DNA of 63,206 bases, counting the filler, from Octopus bimaculoides (lineage: Eukaryota): assembly GCF_001194135.2 (NCBI RefSeq). It is 4 parts of 4 records of this genome, joined end to end, with 100 filler letters (N's around TTAATTAATTAA, not from the genome) between each part and the next. Parts side by side here need not be neighbours in the genome. Positions count along the whole stretch, not along the records: positions 60,856 to 63,206 come from NW_026303811.1; 3 more parts are not named here. The stretch is one strand, 5' to 3'. Below the pieces are notes generated by a model. The model searched no databases, had not been told where the DNA came from, and saw only the letters and a list, made by a program, of their open reading frames with translations. The position numbers were made by a program, and so were the translations under genes. Shown here in pieces: positions 62,581-63,206 of this stretch (position 1 is the stretch's first letter; each line of letters opens with the position of its first letter).

Positions 62581-63206
62581 GATTAAGAGGAATAAAAAAA
62601 AGGAGAGAGAATGAAAAAAAAAACAGAAAGAAACAAATTTCTGTAAGGATTAAACAGTTCAACATGGTGAAATAGCCAGATGAAAGAGGCTAAATGAAAG
62701 GGAGATAATGACGGTGACACGTCCGAACGAATTTATTCTCGCACGTGCGTGTATGTGAGAATGGTGTGTGTGAGTGTGTATGTATGAATGGGAGTGTGTG
62801 AGTATGTATATGTGGACGAGCTGAAAAATATGTGAACCCGTGTGTGTGTATGTGTGTAAGTGACCCAGTGTGTACATTGTGGAGTGGTATGCGTCACATG
62901 TACTGGTATGTATGCGCGTGTGCGTATGCACGTGTGTACGTATGTGTACGGTTATCATGTGGGTATGCAAACGCATTGGCCTGGGTGTTTGTGTATGTGT
63001 ACAAGTAACCTAGTGTAAGTTTTTATTCTTCATTTCGTTCTTTTCGGAATTTATCCCTAATTTTGTGGTTCTTGAACCTAGCAGTTCTTTCTAGCGTAAG
63101 GGATCCCATGAGTGGATTCCTCTTATGTATAAAATATACACTGTACCTTATGAGTAATTCATAGTCTTTGGACTAAACATTTATACGCTAGGCCACTTGG
63201 AGGTGA

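Overview
This is a non-coding, repeat-saturated eukaryotic window with many N gaps, most of them next to (TA)n runs. The SINE families and microsatellite content point to an octopus or other coleoid cephalopod genome (inference). Three identical 100-bp spacers (44 N + TTAATTAATTAA + 44 N) are artificial joins, so the window consists of four stitched segments. No host protein-coding exon or true RNA gene could be supported, and almost all ORFs in the track are microsatellite or gap artefacts. What can be reconstructed is a layered transposon record: a Chapaev3-like DNA transposon with intact ends, a deleted mariner, three MITEs, a ~5.2 kb fossil Penelope-like element (PLE) with inverted pLTRs, L1/Tx1, CR1-like and R4/Dong-like LINE fragments, and over 20 tRNA-derived SINE copies from at least three families. 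The most interesting signal is a set of hammerhead ribozyme (HHR) motifs in unrelated repeats (5972, 7114, 9696/14756, 44880, 62545, plus degenerate ones). One of them follows a Pol III tRNA-like head in a ~250-bp element with a head-to-head inverted 5' end, which suggests a ribozyme-bearing SINE mobilised by Penelope machinery. All folds were derived by eye and are untested.
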